From the NCBI RefSeq assembly GCF_006345805.1, contig NC_042998.1:38688001-38752000 (forward strand): a stretch of DNA of 64,000 bases. Direction: 5' to 3'. This DNA is from Octopus sinensis (Eukaryota). Below are positions 1 to 12,947 of the stretch, piece after piece (the stretch's first letter is position 1; the number at the start of each line of letters is the position of its first letter). A program made the position numbers and the translations under genes. Under the pieces are notes generated by a model that ran no database searches, had not been told where the DNA came from, and worked only from the letters and a program-made list of their open reading frames with translations.

Positions 1-95
1 AGAATCTTGCAAACTAAATCCAAAAGCTAAGTATATATGTGTATGTGTGTGTGTGTGTGTGTGTGTATGTATATATATATATATTATATATATAT

Positions 96-149
<54 letters not shown>

Positions 150-199
150 CATATATATATTAATACTTTTCTCTCTGTATTACGTGTTCGTTTCTCTCT

Positions 200-480
200 T
201 TTTCCCCTTTGTGATTTTATTTTTGATTTTCTATATAAATGAAGATATTTTCTCCGTCTGGCTGCTTCTCTCTCTACAAAAACGGAAAGTTACATTGCGG
301 CACAGTCATTTTAACGGGTTGTATCTATTTATCACCCGACGAGATACATCTTCACCACTGGATGCTCCTGAACCAGTTGTTGAGTGTTTCCACCCATAAG
401 GAATCAATGCTAGATGCGTCTAAACAATTGTCGCGATTAATAATAAATTCTCTTATATTCCATCTTCTGCTTTTCATTTG
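200..480 (+). mobile_element. Penelope-like 3' fragment with degenerate hammerhead motif (331-437)
   Basis: atcac-CCGACGA-gatacatct...agatgcgtc-TAAA-caattg-TC-gcgat. Type I hammerhead layout with U4C and G12T changes and a palindromic helix III (ACAATTGT). Flanked by (TA)n and (TG)n. Confidence 0.55.
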
Positions 481-668
481 CCATGTGTGTGTGTGTGTGA
501 AATACAAAATGGGACAAGAACGCAAAACATCCGAACAGTTAGGTGATACAAAAATGGGACAACAAAACATCCAGATAGACGATACAAAGAAAACAAGGAC
601 GGGTCATTCGAAGTTTTCTTTCCTATTATTGAACTCTACTATTTCCCTCTATTTAACTCTCTCTTATC

Positions 669-716
669 GTATCTGATGAAGGGATATCCTTCGTATTCCT
701 GAAACAGCTGTAAGAC
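669..716 (+). ncRNA. Minimal type I hammerhead ribozyme motif (Penelope-like pLTR)
   Basis: gtat-CTGATGA-agggata(tccttcg)tattcct-GAAA-cagctg-TA-agac. Intact core, 7-bp helix II, palindromic helix III ACAGCTGT, GUA cleavage site, one mismatch in helix I. Confidence 0.8.
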
Positions 717-955
717 TGACTTTCTCTTTATAGATGTACTAAAAATTCCATACAGCCTTGGCTTTGTAGTCTCATTTTATTTAACACACACACACACATA
801 CATATATAAATGTCGAACAATGATAATGAGTGCTCAACACCGCATTAGTGGGTAACATTTATTTGTGTATTAAGGCTACCATTGGTTTCATGTTAAGAAA
901 AATATCTTAATAATATCTTAACTTTTCAAGCTGATCACATGGAGGAATGGTGTTT

Positions 956-1095
956 CTGGTACTTATTCAATCGACCCAGAAAGGATGAAAGGCAAAGTCG
1001 ACCTCGGCGTAATTTGAACTCACAACGTAACGGCAGACGAAATACCGCTAAGCATTTCGACCGACGTGCTAACGTTTCTGCCAGCTTGCCATCTT
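956..1095 (-). mobile_element. tRNA-derived SINE, family A
   Basis: Reverse complement of ctggcagaaacgttagcacg...gagttcaaatt...gaggtcgactttgcctttcatcc, shared with copies at 38085 and 54289. Confidence 0.85.
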
Positions 1096-1556
1096 ATCAG
1101 CGTCAAGCTATATATCTATCTCTCAATATGGAATTCTTGCTGTTAGCATTTCTAAAAGACTGACACAGAAAACACTGTGGACAATAGTAAAAGTTTTAGT
1201 CTATTGTTGGCGAGGCCTGTTAGCTACTTCTTCGCGCAGTCTGAGAACAACATTTTCATTCACCAGCAACAATAGGAGCAACTGCTGCGACATTTCCAAA
1301 TCAGTCTGTATGAAGCTAAGCCCATGACAAGAAAGAGTTGACGAAGCGGGGAATTAAAGACAATTGCTTGCTTCAAAGGTAGAAAGATAAAAATCTTAGT
1401 TAAAACAAAATATTTATCTTAGGCGCAAGAAATCTTTATGTACGATAGAGTTGCCTCAATTCTGAGATGGATTATACTAAATATATCACATTCGTGTAGT
1501 ATGTATGTGTGTGTGATATATATATATTATAATTATAATTATTATTATTATTATTA

Positions 1557-1888
1557 TTATTAAAATTATAAATTAGGGTATCTACGAGATACCACCATGC
1601 TGAAAATAGCAGCCATGATCTGACTCCAAAACCACCTTAATTGTCCATATAGCAACACGGAGAGAAAACAAAGAGACAAGATGAAACTAGTAAAAAATTA
1701 CTGGATAATTCTATATGGACAATTAAGGTGGTTTTAGAGTCAGATCAGGGCTGCTATTTTCAGCATGGTGGTATCTCGTCGATACCCTAATTTATAATTT
1801 TAATAATTATTACCTTTGAAGGTTATTTTTTCCATGCAGGCCACTTGATAAAATCGTTATTTTATTTTAAATTAACGATCTTACCCTT
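1557..1888. mobile_element. Palindromic Penelope-like pLTR element (~95-bp inverted arms)
   Basis: Arms 1557-1652 and 1711-1806 differ at about 3 positions. Spacer has GAAACTAGTA (hammerhead 3' half). Same sequence recurs at 14990-15114, 15436-15590 and 16095-16250. Confidence 0.7.
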
Positions 1889-2559
1889 ATATATATATAT
1901 ATATAGTTAGGTGATAGCACGTGTATTATTAATGCTGCATTGCATTTCTTGGTGAATATGCGAGCGCGTAATTATTCAAAATTGTGTCAGCAACAGTAGT
2001 CAAACAATACTTCAAGCCAATGTTAAAGGAATGTATTAAATGCATATGCAAGAAACAGCTGAATCGATGATGACTGAAACATTGAAATATTGTGTCAGTT
2101 ACACCTTGGAAACAGAAAGTAGCATTGTCTTGAAACATCAAATTATGCAAACTATTGTATTAACGTTGGACTATGTTTCTATAGAGCACTCGGACCTAGA
2201 TTTCTACGGCAATATGTTTCATTGCCTTTTATTAAAATACAATACTCTTGCTACAATAAAAACTGCTGCTACCTTTCAGTATTTATCCAATTTTTATTCA
2301 AGAAATGTGATTTTTGTATTATAACGAACAGCAGCAGCAGTAGCAATAAAATTGGCGTTCCTATTATCCAAAGTTTATGGAACTGCAGTACTCTAAGAAT
2401 CCGCAACAAGAAACTGAAATATAAATTGTGAATAAAACCAACTTTAATTAGCTAATTATCTAAAAGTATTTCTAAAAAGATACTTGCATTTTACACTTCA
2501 AGACATAGCTTTGGGTTTCTATGAAATATTTCAGGTGATGTTATATCGGGTAACATATG

Positions 2560-3330
2560 TGGGTATTGGTCGTGCATCGCTGCTTCCATCATTTGTCGAT
2601 ACTTACTCGGATCGTTTCCAGCAATCCTGTAAGCCGTGTCCCAGTCAACTCTTATCTCTGCGAGACACTTTCTCATCTACCATGACCATATGGCATGTCA
2701 CCGATCAACACAAGCCGTCACCCCAGTCGGAACCTGACAGAACACGATACTCAAGGTCCAACTCGGAAAATCGAGCAACATAACCAAACAGACTGAGCTG
2801 ACGCTCCCATATCATAAAAGTAGTAGGAGGTAACCCAGCCTCTCAGTCTTTGGATTCGAGTACAAAATCTGACCAGTGGTAACCCGTAACCCGCTGAATC
2901 AAATGAGATCAGGCCGTCCGTAAGGGCCCCGGACATATCTCGGAAATTATATTGGAAGACAAAGAATGACCAGACACCTGAAGGTCCGAACCTTTGTCCT
3001 CTGATACCGGTATGGTCAAACACACTGGTTCATTAAGTCCACAACTGCACCAAAACGTCCAAACCTTTTTTAAGATTGCGGACTTGGAGCTAATGCTGTT
3101 AATGACCACTTTGTTGAGATAAGTGGAACGATCAACAATTTCGATAATGTAAGACCGGATCTTTGTCTTGATCCAAGAAACTCTATAAGCAAGTGGTTCT
3201 GCTTCCTCACTGAGAGACATCTAGAGAGACGCAGCAGGAATAATCGCATCATTATCAAAGACCAGGTCAGTAGTCTTATTTTCACCAGTGGGTGCTCCGC
3301 AATTCGGTCGAGCCACCATCCGGCCCAAAA
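2560..3330 (-). pseudogene. RTE-clade LINE reverse transcriptase/C-terminal remnant
   Basis: Minus-strand frames give TDLVFDNDAII..SLSEEAEPLAYRVSWIKTK, EIVDRSTYL, RTKVRTFRCLVI, QRVTGYHWSDFV..IWERQLSLFGYVARF, with stops and frameshifts. Confidence 0.85.
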
Positions 3331-3939
3331 CTTTCAAATCACCACGCATCCAATTTTGTTACAATAAATTGTTGTATGACTTGTTTGTCAATGCAATTAA
3401 TGTGCACGTGCGCGCAACCAGTCGTTCAGTATCCCACCCGCGAGGGATCGCTACAGAATGGGTCGAAACGCTCGTTTGAGCAATTAGGTTTCTCGTACAT
3501 TCCATTTTCCGTCTCTATCATTTGTTATATACTCGACGAACAGCGAGGAATTTCTGAAGTCGATCCAGCGAAAATTGTGTAAATACTGTGGATGACGTCA
3601 GGTAGCCTTGGGCAGTGAATAGGGACACAACCAATACTTGAACAATTACTTGTGAGTGTGTGTGTGTGTGTCTGCGTATGTGTATTTTTATATATATATA
3701 TATATATATATGCATAAGTTGTTAAGTTCTACATCGTTGTCCGAGAGGAAATTTTCAATACATCAATGCTGTATTGAAATAAAGCATATATTTCCCAACC
3801 ATTTATCTACACACAGACATACACTCACACGTACGCGCGCGCGCGCACTGACAAATAATCATATACACATACATGCGCGTACACACCACATATATATGTG
3901 TATGTATGTGTGCGTAGAAGAATAAATAAATACGTACAT

Positions 3940-4092
3940 CGCAGGCGTGGCTGTGCGATAAAAACTTTGATCCCTAACCACATGGTTCAGTTCCAGTGCG
4001 TGGCACCTTCGGCAAGTGTCTTCTACCATAGCCCCGGGCTGACAAAAGCGTTGCGAGTGGATTTGGTAGACGGACACTGAAAGAAGCCCGTC

Positions 4093-4177
<85 letters not shown>

Positions 4178-4410
4178 CGGGCGTGTGTTTGTGTGTGTGT
4201 GTGTGTGTGACTTTGTGCCTGCTTGTCGCTCGCTACCATTTAACAACCGATGTTGGTGTGTTTACTTCTCAAAAAGGAGCGATTGAATAAGAGCCTGTGG
4301 AATAACCCCAAAATAAGTAGGGGCCGATCTCATTCGTCGATGAATTCTTCAAGGCGGTGCCCCCAGAATGGCCGCAGTCTAATAAGTGAAGTAAGTCGAA
4401 AATAAATTAT
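3940..4410 (+). mobile_element. tRNA-derived SINE, family B, with internal microsatellite
   Basis: gcaggcgtggctgtg...gatttggtagacgga..ctgaaagaagcccgtc, internal (TA)n(TG)n, 3' part ggcggtgcccccagaatggccgcagtc. Confidence 0.85.
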
Positions 4411-4450
4411 AAAAGATACACATGTGTGTGTATGTATGTATGTATGTATG

Positions 4451-4493
<43 letters not shown>

Positions 4494-5899
4494 GCACATA
4501 CATACATACATACGCACGCACACATGCACCACACACACACACACATATACATATGTTTACGTGTATTCAGATGTACAAGGCTGTTTTCTTTTTGTTATTT
4601 TCCTGTTTCCTTTATGTTTGTTTGTTTTTCTTTTTCCTTCGTGTTTTCAGTTCCCCCAAAATTTAATAATAGCGAAAGAACATGTTCTTTGACGGTGAAA
4701 CCAGTCGGCATTTTTTTTTTCGTGTGTATTCATCATTAAGCCACCACCTCACATACTTTGGTAAAAGAAAGTAGCAGCGAAAGTAATCTGTTTTCTTTCC
4801 AAGCAGAACACTTGCTATACATTTTAATGCAAAAAGCAGACTAGCGCAAAGTTAGGTTAAGTGACACATAGCGTAAATCTTCTGTAGATATTATTGCTCC
4901 TGCCTGTGTGAACGCTTCAAATCACTCATTTACTTTTTCCGTATTACTACTGCTCTATTTTATTTTGATGCGTTTTTATCTTCAGGTGCAGTTTTCTATT
5001 GCCAATCGTTGTTCTTGTTATGTTTGTGTTCTTCTATATACACCTTTATTCGAAGTTTGGCTTTGTTCATATCTTTCATTACTCCTCAGGGCATGGGATA
5101 TTTAATATCGCCGTCATCATCACCATCATCAACATTATTGCCGTCGTCGTCGTCGTCATCATCATCATCACAATCACCAACATATCTTCCATTTTGTTTT
5201 CTCCTTCAATCACACTTTTCCCTCTTTCCCTCTCTCTCTCTCTCTCTCTCTCTCATTACTTTTATTATCGTTATTATTAAGCAATAAATACTAAAGTCTA
5301 AACAATGACTGATTTCTTATTATTATACTCTTATTATTTCCACTGCACAGGTTATATTAATGAAAAAGTTTAGTATTTCCTCGTTTTGCGGATAACAGAA
5401 AATGATGTGGACGGAGGTTATTGCCATTTTTCTGGCGCTGACGCTTCTGTATACGAGATTTATCTACTCTCGGATACTCTATTACCAGAGTGAGCTTCTC
5501 TGGAAAGAGACAAGCTTAACACTGTAAGCCGGTGAAATGCTTATATAGTTCTAATAATCCTAGTTTCCACTTACGGTGTTCACTTCGTGTTAGGTGAAGG
5601 TAATGCGACCTAAAGAGAGCTTTTGATAGCAGGTCAGGTACACCAGGAAACTGATTGGAAGTTATGTTGTTAGCAGTTTGAAATTGGTAAATGTAATGGG
5701 ATGCAGAAAGCCGCAGAGCTAACGGTGAGCAGCAAATCAAATGAAATGCGTTCGTAGCGTTTCGCACGTGTTGTGAAGATATACAAGACACTTAACTAAC
5801 AATGAGCGTTGGTTATATCTAATATTTATGGAGGACTGTACTTTAATGTAAAACAAGGTTGCCTCTTCAAGATTGATAACAGCTTAACTGGATGTACTC

Positions 5900-6270
5900 T
5901 TTGAGTTTAGCTCAGTGAGGTTGGGCACATCCTACATACGATGTATTACGTGGTTTTAAGAATACCAAGCATTTCTTGCTGGTGTTCAGTTTCTCAGGCA
6001 AAACCTCCAATTAAGGAGCTCACTTGAGTGTTGAGTGCCTCTGCTAACAATGTCCCAAGATATAGTGGGATTAGTCATCTCTGACATCTCTGGATATTCT
6101 ATTGACAACCTCCTACCTCAGTGTTCTCCAACAACATAGCTCAAAAGACATTAGTAAACACCCAGTCTTCAACTTGAGAGCCTCACCCTGCATTGTATGG
6201 CTGTTTGCTCCAGTCTACTTTGATCTGTGTTTCTGCTCCAGCGTTTTCCAAAGCTCAGTATTCCCTTCTC
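5900..6270 (-). pseudogene. Decayed RTE-like LINE remnant
   Basis: Minus strand gives ...GCLLMSFELCCWRTLR, resembling the RTE motif AFELWCWRRML. Confidence 0.45.
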
Positions 6271-6418
6271 TTCTGCTTTTTAAATTAGGATTATCCTGGC
6301 CTTACGCTGCGTGAATGTCGCTTGGCCGTAGGAAGACATTAATTCTACGCATTTGCGTTTGCGTATATCTCTATAAGAGACGAAAGTAGCAACCATACTG
6401 GCAAGTAATGTTTATTGT

Positions 6419-6533
6419 CACTCGACCATGGCTGTTTCGTAGGAACCGACGTTACGACGGCTTTTAACCCCCGGAGGATGCCTCCTCCGGCAATCTGCAC
6501 CCGATATATATGGCAAGCATATCTTCAGGTGTG
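6419..6533 (-). ncRNA. Degenerate hammerhead-like motif with long helix II
   Basis: Minus strand cacac-CTGAAGA...cctac-GAAA-cagccatg-GTC-gagtg. Perfect internal hairpin ccggagga/tcctccgg at 6471-6490. Base of helix II pairs poorly. Confidence 0.4.
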
Positions 6534-7447
6534 TGTGTGTGCGTAAGTGCTTCTAAACGAAGGTATTTACGTATATTCACTACTACTAAACTTTTCCCAC
6601 AAATCTAAACTTCGCCTCGTCCCCTTCAGGCACACATACACACACACACACACACACACGTAAGCCTGTGTGCGTGCGCGCGCATGTGTGTGTGTGTATT
6701 TGTGTGTGTATAAAAATACCGGGTGCGGCGCTTAAGTTACTCAACACTTTCGATGTTCTATTATCTTCCTTCTCTATATCTTACCCACCTCGCCTTCGTC
6801 TCGCACCTCACTTAGACTATCTTCCTTAGCCTTTCCCCTCACTTACCACAAAAGACATTCTAAAAATTCCAGATTCTATTAACGCATTTTGCATAGGTTT
6901 ATAAACCTGAATGAACTTCTTATCCTGTATCGTTTACGCACCTTTCCATTTTCTTATCTCTTTCCGTATCTTTCGTTGCATCTCTTATCTCACTGACGTG
7001 CCAACAACTAACTCACCCTCTCCTTCTCACTAAAAGGGAAGAGTTTCTATATGTGAAATTCTTCACATCACACAGCGACTGAACTTATTAACTTTGTCCA
7101 TGAATTCTCATACGAAATGGAAAAGGCGTTGACCCGGAGAATGGTGAGGGTGGTGTGCTTTTTTCCTGCATATGTAATGAAAATTTAGAATTTTTATGTA
7201 ACCTTTAGCTATTCTGAATAGAGGAGCATTTGTAGTAGTAGATGGACTCAGCCAATAGACTTAAGTGTTTATTTTCATAGCATCCAATCAAATCTGTCGG
7301 TTATTCTGTTCATAATAATGATCCAAAGAAACTATCCCAGATTGTTTATTTTGTCTGAATTCAGTAAATGTTTTTACTCAAACACAAACCTAGCTCCCTC
7401 TACATATTAAAGAATTAGGAATGATTTCTTAATGTATGCGTGTGTGT

Positions 7448-7506
<59 letters not shown>

Positions 7507-7580
7507 CATCATTCTTATAAAGATGGAGGTAAAGAAGATGTGACAAAACATCGAATTGATTTCATCCTTCTTTACTCTCG

Positions 7581-7619
<39 letters not shown>

Positions 7620-7644
7620 TATGGTGTTAATATTAAAGATATGT

Positions 7645-7770
7645 AAGGCGAAAAGCGGGCAGAATGCAGGACAAATGCACAGAGGTATTTCGTTCGTCTT
7701 TACGTTCTGAATTTAAATTCCACCGAGGCCGACTCTGTCTTTCATCCAAGGGCCGATAAAATAAGTATGC
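7645..7770 (+). mobile_element. SINE family A, degenerate
   Basis: aaggcg...ggcagaat...tacgttctgaatttaaattccaccgaggccgactctgtctttcatcc. Confidence 0.7.
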
Positions 7771-9122
7771 CAATATTTAAAACCAGTTTTAAGGGCATCG
7801 ATCGAATGAGTTCATTTATAGAAACGTGCTGAGCAAATAATTAAAAAAGCTAAAAAATTGCGTTTAAATAATTGTGATGCTTTGAAATGAAAAGTAACTG
7901 GAAATTCTATAACCACATATATAGATTGTCAACTGACTAAATTTGAAAGCGAATTTCTCTCTATTTCTTTTATTTGAAGAGAAACCTTAATTGCAAAAAT
8001 ATCTATCGTTTGTTTTGACTCTTCCCTCTCGTTATTTCCATCCTCCTCCTTACTCACATCTTCATCCCCCTAATTTATATCAGTTGTTCTGTTACGGTTA
8101 TAACCATCACTACGGAAACGATGATGTTATGGATGTGGAAGAGAAAGACGACGACGACGATGATGATAATCGCTAATTGATGACGATGATGATTGATAAC
8201 TGATGATGATAATTATTGATAAGTGATGATGATGATAGTTGATGGTGATGACGATGACGGTGAGGCGGGCGATGTTAAAAGGAAGCACAAAAATGTTTTG
8301 ATGATATCCAACCTCTTCACGATCACCATCATCATCACGACCCTCATTTTAGCATTAACCCTCATTGATATGTTATTACCATGCATGTTGAACGCCAGCA
8401 ATTCTTCGCCTGTTGCGATGAAACTATATCCTCCTCTTTTGATTTGATCCTACATAGATCTTTTAGACAGTTTATCTCGTTCAGCTCTCTGTCTTAGAAA
8501 GATACTTTTACAACCACTTACCTGTTAAAAGCGTGATTTCATTGCAGTTTTCGTTTAGTATTTCCCCCTCTAACCCAAATATACTTAGAGTCGACCTCGT
8601 TGTTTGTTCTATTTTTTATTTACACCAAGTGTAAATTATGCCGAAGTCGAATATATCAACTTCGAAACTAATCCTTAAAACGTACCCATGTGCTTTTGTT
8701 TGTAGTTATCGGTCGTCACTGAAAGACGTTTTGGCACTTGGGTTCGGTTCACTGTTTTCTAAACATCATCGCGGATTCGTGTAAATGGCTTTTCATTCCC
8801 AGCACTGTCTTTGTTTGACGCCAGACACCCCACCTCGTCTAACCACGGAGAGAGATAGGCTTAGATTTATTTATGTATCGTGACTCACTTGTTTCGCAGT
8901 AGGTTTGCTGGCAACATTGCCAATTAATTAGTAATATTCAAATATTGAAGGTGGAAAGCGATCAGACCAAACTCTGTTTTTCCGTCCGCCGAGTGATACA
9001 AAACTACCTTTGTTGTGTGTATTAGATTACACAATACACAGATGGCAAACGTTTCCGTTTAGATTGTTCTTCATTATATAATACCTCATATAAACATATA
9101 CAAATGTAACACACACACACAG

Positions 9123-9440
9123 AGGAACACTCCGTCGGTTACGACGGAGAGGGTCCCAGTTGATACGATCAACAGAACAGCTTGCTCGCGAAATCAACGT
9201 GCAAGTGGCTGAGCATTCCACAGACACGTGTACCCTTAACGTAGTTCTCTGGGAGATTCAGCCTGACACAGAGTGTGGCAAGATTGTCCCTTCGAAATAC
9301 AGGTACCGCTCATTTTTGCCAGCTGCATGAACTGGAGTATGAAAAAGTGTCTTGCCCAAAGACACAACGCATCGCAGGGAATTGAACTCACGACCTTACG
9401 ATCGTGAGCCGAATGCCCTAACCGCTAAACCACATGCCTT
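9123..9440 (-). mobile_element. tRNA-derived SINE, family C
   Basis: Minus-strand head aaggcatgtggtttagcggttagggcattcggctcacgatcgtaaggtcgtgagttcaattccc has A and B boxes, followed by a non-tRNA body. Confidence 0.8.
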
Positions 9441-9464
9441 TGTGTGTGTGTGTGTGTGTATGTG

Positions 9465-9502
<38 letters not shown>

Positions 9503-9503
<1 letters not shown>

Positions 9504-9667
9504 TTTATTTAAAGCAGCAGAAAATTCAACAAAACCTGTTACTCTGAGTTTCACGTTGCCGTTCGTCGGACAGTTTTTGTTGTGTGTATTAGATTACATA
9601 TTACTCTACTACTGGTATTTGAGTACTCTTTTTTCCACCTTGTTTCACATTTATGTGTTTACTCCGG

Positions 9668-9669
<2 letters not shown>
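9503..9669 (-). mobile_element. Short Penelope-like element with minimal hammerhead (9531-9580, minus)
   Basis: Minus strand aaaaactgt-CCGACGA-acg(gcaa)cgt-GAAA-ctcagag-TA-acaggtttt, with a U4C change. Between (CA)n and (TA)n. Confidence 0.7.
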
Positions 9670-9699
<30 letters not shown>

Positions 9700-9919
9700 A
9701 TTATGAATTAGAGGCAGCGCTAGTATGGTAAACCTTATCGACCGCACATTGCAAAATATCCAGAACATTGCTCGGAACGAACCGGTGAACAAGCGAAACA
9801 CATACAAAGATTGTGTGCGGTCGATAATGTGTGTGTGTGTTACATTTGTATATGTTTGTACGTATGTATGGATAGCTAGCTAGCTAGATGGATGGATGGA
9901 TGGATGTGCGTGCGTGCTT

Positions 9920-10184
9920 GCAGTTTTGTATGTTCTATATATGTATTCTCATGCATATAGTTTCATATCTAGAAATGCTCATATATATATTTAAACTTCT
10001 AGAGAGTTTTACAAATGTTTACAATTCCAGTGACTTATTGGATCTGTAGTATTCGAATTTGCTTTCTCCTTTCTGGTTTTGAGAAGCCTAATTTCTCAAG
10101 ATTGGTATTTAGGCAGTGGGTTACATATCCCAGGGCCCCAAAAATTACAGGTCTAAACCTGAACCTGTAGTTTGGATGGAGTAA
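9920..10184 (-). pseudogene. R4/Dong-type (RLE) LINE 3' end
   Basis: LLHPNYRFRFRPVIFGALGYVTHCLNTNLEKLGFSKPERRKQIRILQIQ, nearly identical to 35390-35520. Adjoins (TACA)n. Confidence 0.8.
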
Positions 10185-11198
10185 CATACATACATACATA
10201 CATACATACATACATACATACATACATACATACTTACATACATATGTTTTGTATGTATGTATGTATGTTTGCACGTGCAGGTGTCTGTGTAACTTCTCAA
10301 ATTTTGCAAGTTGCCTTGTCCCATAAGCACGTATATTTTTTTTATGTAAAAGAATACCATTCTGATGAAAATAAGACATTACAAATTCTGTGCTGATAGC
10401 CCTTCCTGAAGCAGCAGCCCGTGTAAACAGTTGCTCTGTTTCCTCCAGGCGGTCAGTTTTTTTCCTAGATGGCATATAAACTCTGACGCACCCGCATACA
10501 CCACACACATGCATCCATAGTCACACACACGCGCACGTAGACACTCGTACACATACACTCACACCCATACCCACGCGAATATCTGTAGATTTAAAACTTG
10601 GTGCTTTCCGAATGAAGTCCCTGCAATATTTGTTCTGCGCCGATTTATACACATTTTCTCCTTTACAGTTATCATGAAAAAGGCAGTGAGCCAGAAATTG
10701 GCCCTTTTAAAACCCATGATCAACGAAGCTAACCGCTACCAATTCTGACAAGAAACAACATATTTATTTGTATATACTATACAAGGAGAAGCATTTGTCT
10801 CTTATAGCAAATAACCTAAAACAACCACTAGCGATGAATTATCGATCAGAGTAGGTCTAAGGCTGTATTGAATGAGTTAAAAGAAGAATAGGGAATGTAT
10901 TTTTTTTCAGTTTCATCAACAAACCAATTAGACGATATATATTTAAAGAATTGAAAACAGAGAATGGCGCCAGGAGAATTTAATTGTTTTGTGAAACAAA
11001 GGAATATAAATGATCAATGAACGCTCTTTTGTTTTTATTTCTCTACGATACTAAAAGACAATTTAAATAATGACATTCCACAAACGCTAACTGAAATACT
11101 AAATTATAAATTCCATGCAGTTGCAAATTTGTATCGCCCACCTTGTCACCACAGTAAGCCACTCTGTTTATTCTTTTCTGTGTGTGTGTGTTGAATGT

Positions 11199-11248
<50 letters not shown>

Positions 11249-12721
11249 TATATATAAAGTATATTTTACCAACAATTCAACACATATTATCGAATGTGAC
11301 ATAAAAATTTAACTACGAATAAAAAATAGGTAAGAAGTATCAAGTTATTTAAAGTTGGCAATTTCCTTTAAGGAAACGGAGTTTATTGCGTACATAAAGG
11401 TTATTAATTGTACAGAAGACTACTTGTAGCTCATTCACAAATCCTAGCATAGCAAAAATGTATCAGACTCATTCGGCCAATTTCCAATAGTGTACATCGT
11501 ACATCTGTTAGACCAGAGTATTCTTTCTTTTGCCATGTTGCTCACTCTGGGCTCTCTACATTTCATTCTTTAATATTTTGTTTGTGCATTAAGTCACTAA
11601 CATGTAACAAGCATGATGTTTTCATTTCAAATGCACTTCAAAGAAAATTTGAGAATGGCATTTCAAATGCACTTTCATTCTTAAATTTTCTTTTTATTTT
11701 CCTGATAAAAATAAAAAAGAAAGCAAGAAAATGGCATAATTAAACATGCAGTGACGTCACAAATTCTGCTAGAACTTCAAATTTTTCCATCTCCTCCTTT
11801 GTGTTTGCTTTTAAGTCATCTCTCTCTCTTTCCTGCCCCTCATCCTCTACCTCTCTCTAATGTATCTTTCTCTATTGAATATTATCACCACCGCAATCAT
11901 AACTACAATATTTTATTTGACTTGCTTCTCTCAGCGATACGCAAGAGGTAGAGAGGTGAGAAAGTAATATTGTATGAATTCATAGATTATTCTCATCAGC
12001 CATAAAGAGAAATAAAATATTCTGATGCCGTCTATAAACATGTTGGACAACAACGAGATAATTTCAGAATGCAGACATAAGAATAAATATCACCTGAAAA
12101 TATCTTTCCGATTACAGACCGCCTCTTTACATGCGCATCTCTACACTGGCTAAACAAATGGTACTACACAAATACAGAAGTAAACATTTCGCCCAGCATA
12201 AACTAAAAAGATTTTAAAGGCATACTCTCCCGTCAGGAGGCAAATTTCACCGCTATTATAGGATTCATATCTCAACATTACCATGTAAAAGTTGCTTAGC
12301 AAACAGAAGCAATGCTGACATAATTCCACAATGTTAACGAGCTCTTTCTTTAATCATACGAATGAATGTCCAAACGCGGCGACTAGGCACCCACTGGAGG
12401 TTATTGTCTTCAGACGAAGGGAATCAAAGACACCTATACACAAACAGATGCATACGTATGTGTAATGTGTGTGTGTTTTTGTATGCGAGTGTGTGGATGT
12501 ATTTATGTGTGCGTGTGTGTATTTGTGTGTGCGTATTTGTGTATGTGTGTGCGTGTGTGTATATGCACATTTCGTTTCCATTTTGTTTCGTGCTATTTCC
12601 TCTACCCTTACTTATAGCGTTAATGTGGATTTAACTCGAGAACACTGATGGTAGGATAATGCCCTCTTTATCAATGTGATAATTTATTGTCATTTTTGTT
12701 CGCGTTGTCGTTATTGTTTTT

Positions 12722-12890
12722 AAAGGCAATAAGCCGGCGGGATCATTAGCCAGCCAGACAAAATGCGTCGCAGCAGCATTTCTTCCGTTCTGAGTTCATA
12801 TTCTGCCGAGGTCAGTTTCGCTTTTCATACTTTTGGAGTCGATGAGCTAAGCACCAGTTGAGCACCGAAGTCAAATGTAATCGATTGATT
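12722..12890 (+). mobile_element. SINE family A, degenerate
   Basis: cgttctgagttcatattctgccgaggtcagtttcgcttttcatac...gtcgat...accagttgagcac. Confidence 0.7.
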
Positions 12891-12911
12891 ACATTGTCCG
12901 TAAGACAAAGG

Positions 12912-12947
<36 letters not shown>

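Noticed and set aside
5402-5527. Short ORF MMWTEVIAIFLALTLLY... with a signal-peptide look after an acceptor-like site
   Set aside because: Only 41 codons with no partner exons. Adjacent sequence reads as decayed RTE (RFADN), so probably chance.
9370-9440. tRNA-like sequences here and at other SINE heads
   Set aside because: They run on into SINE bodies and lack a proper acceptor stem, so they are not tRNA genes.
11751-11760. Palindromic CRE-like site gtgacgtcac
   Set aside because: A single short motif with no promoter or gene context. It could be chance.
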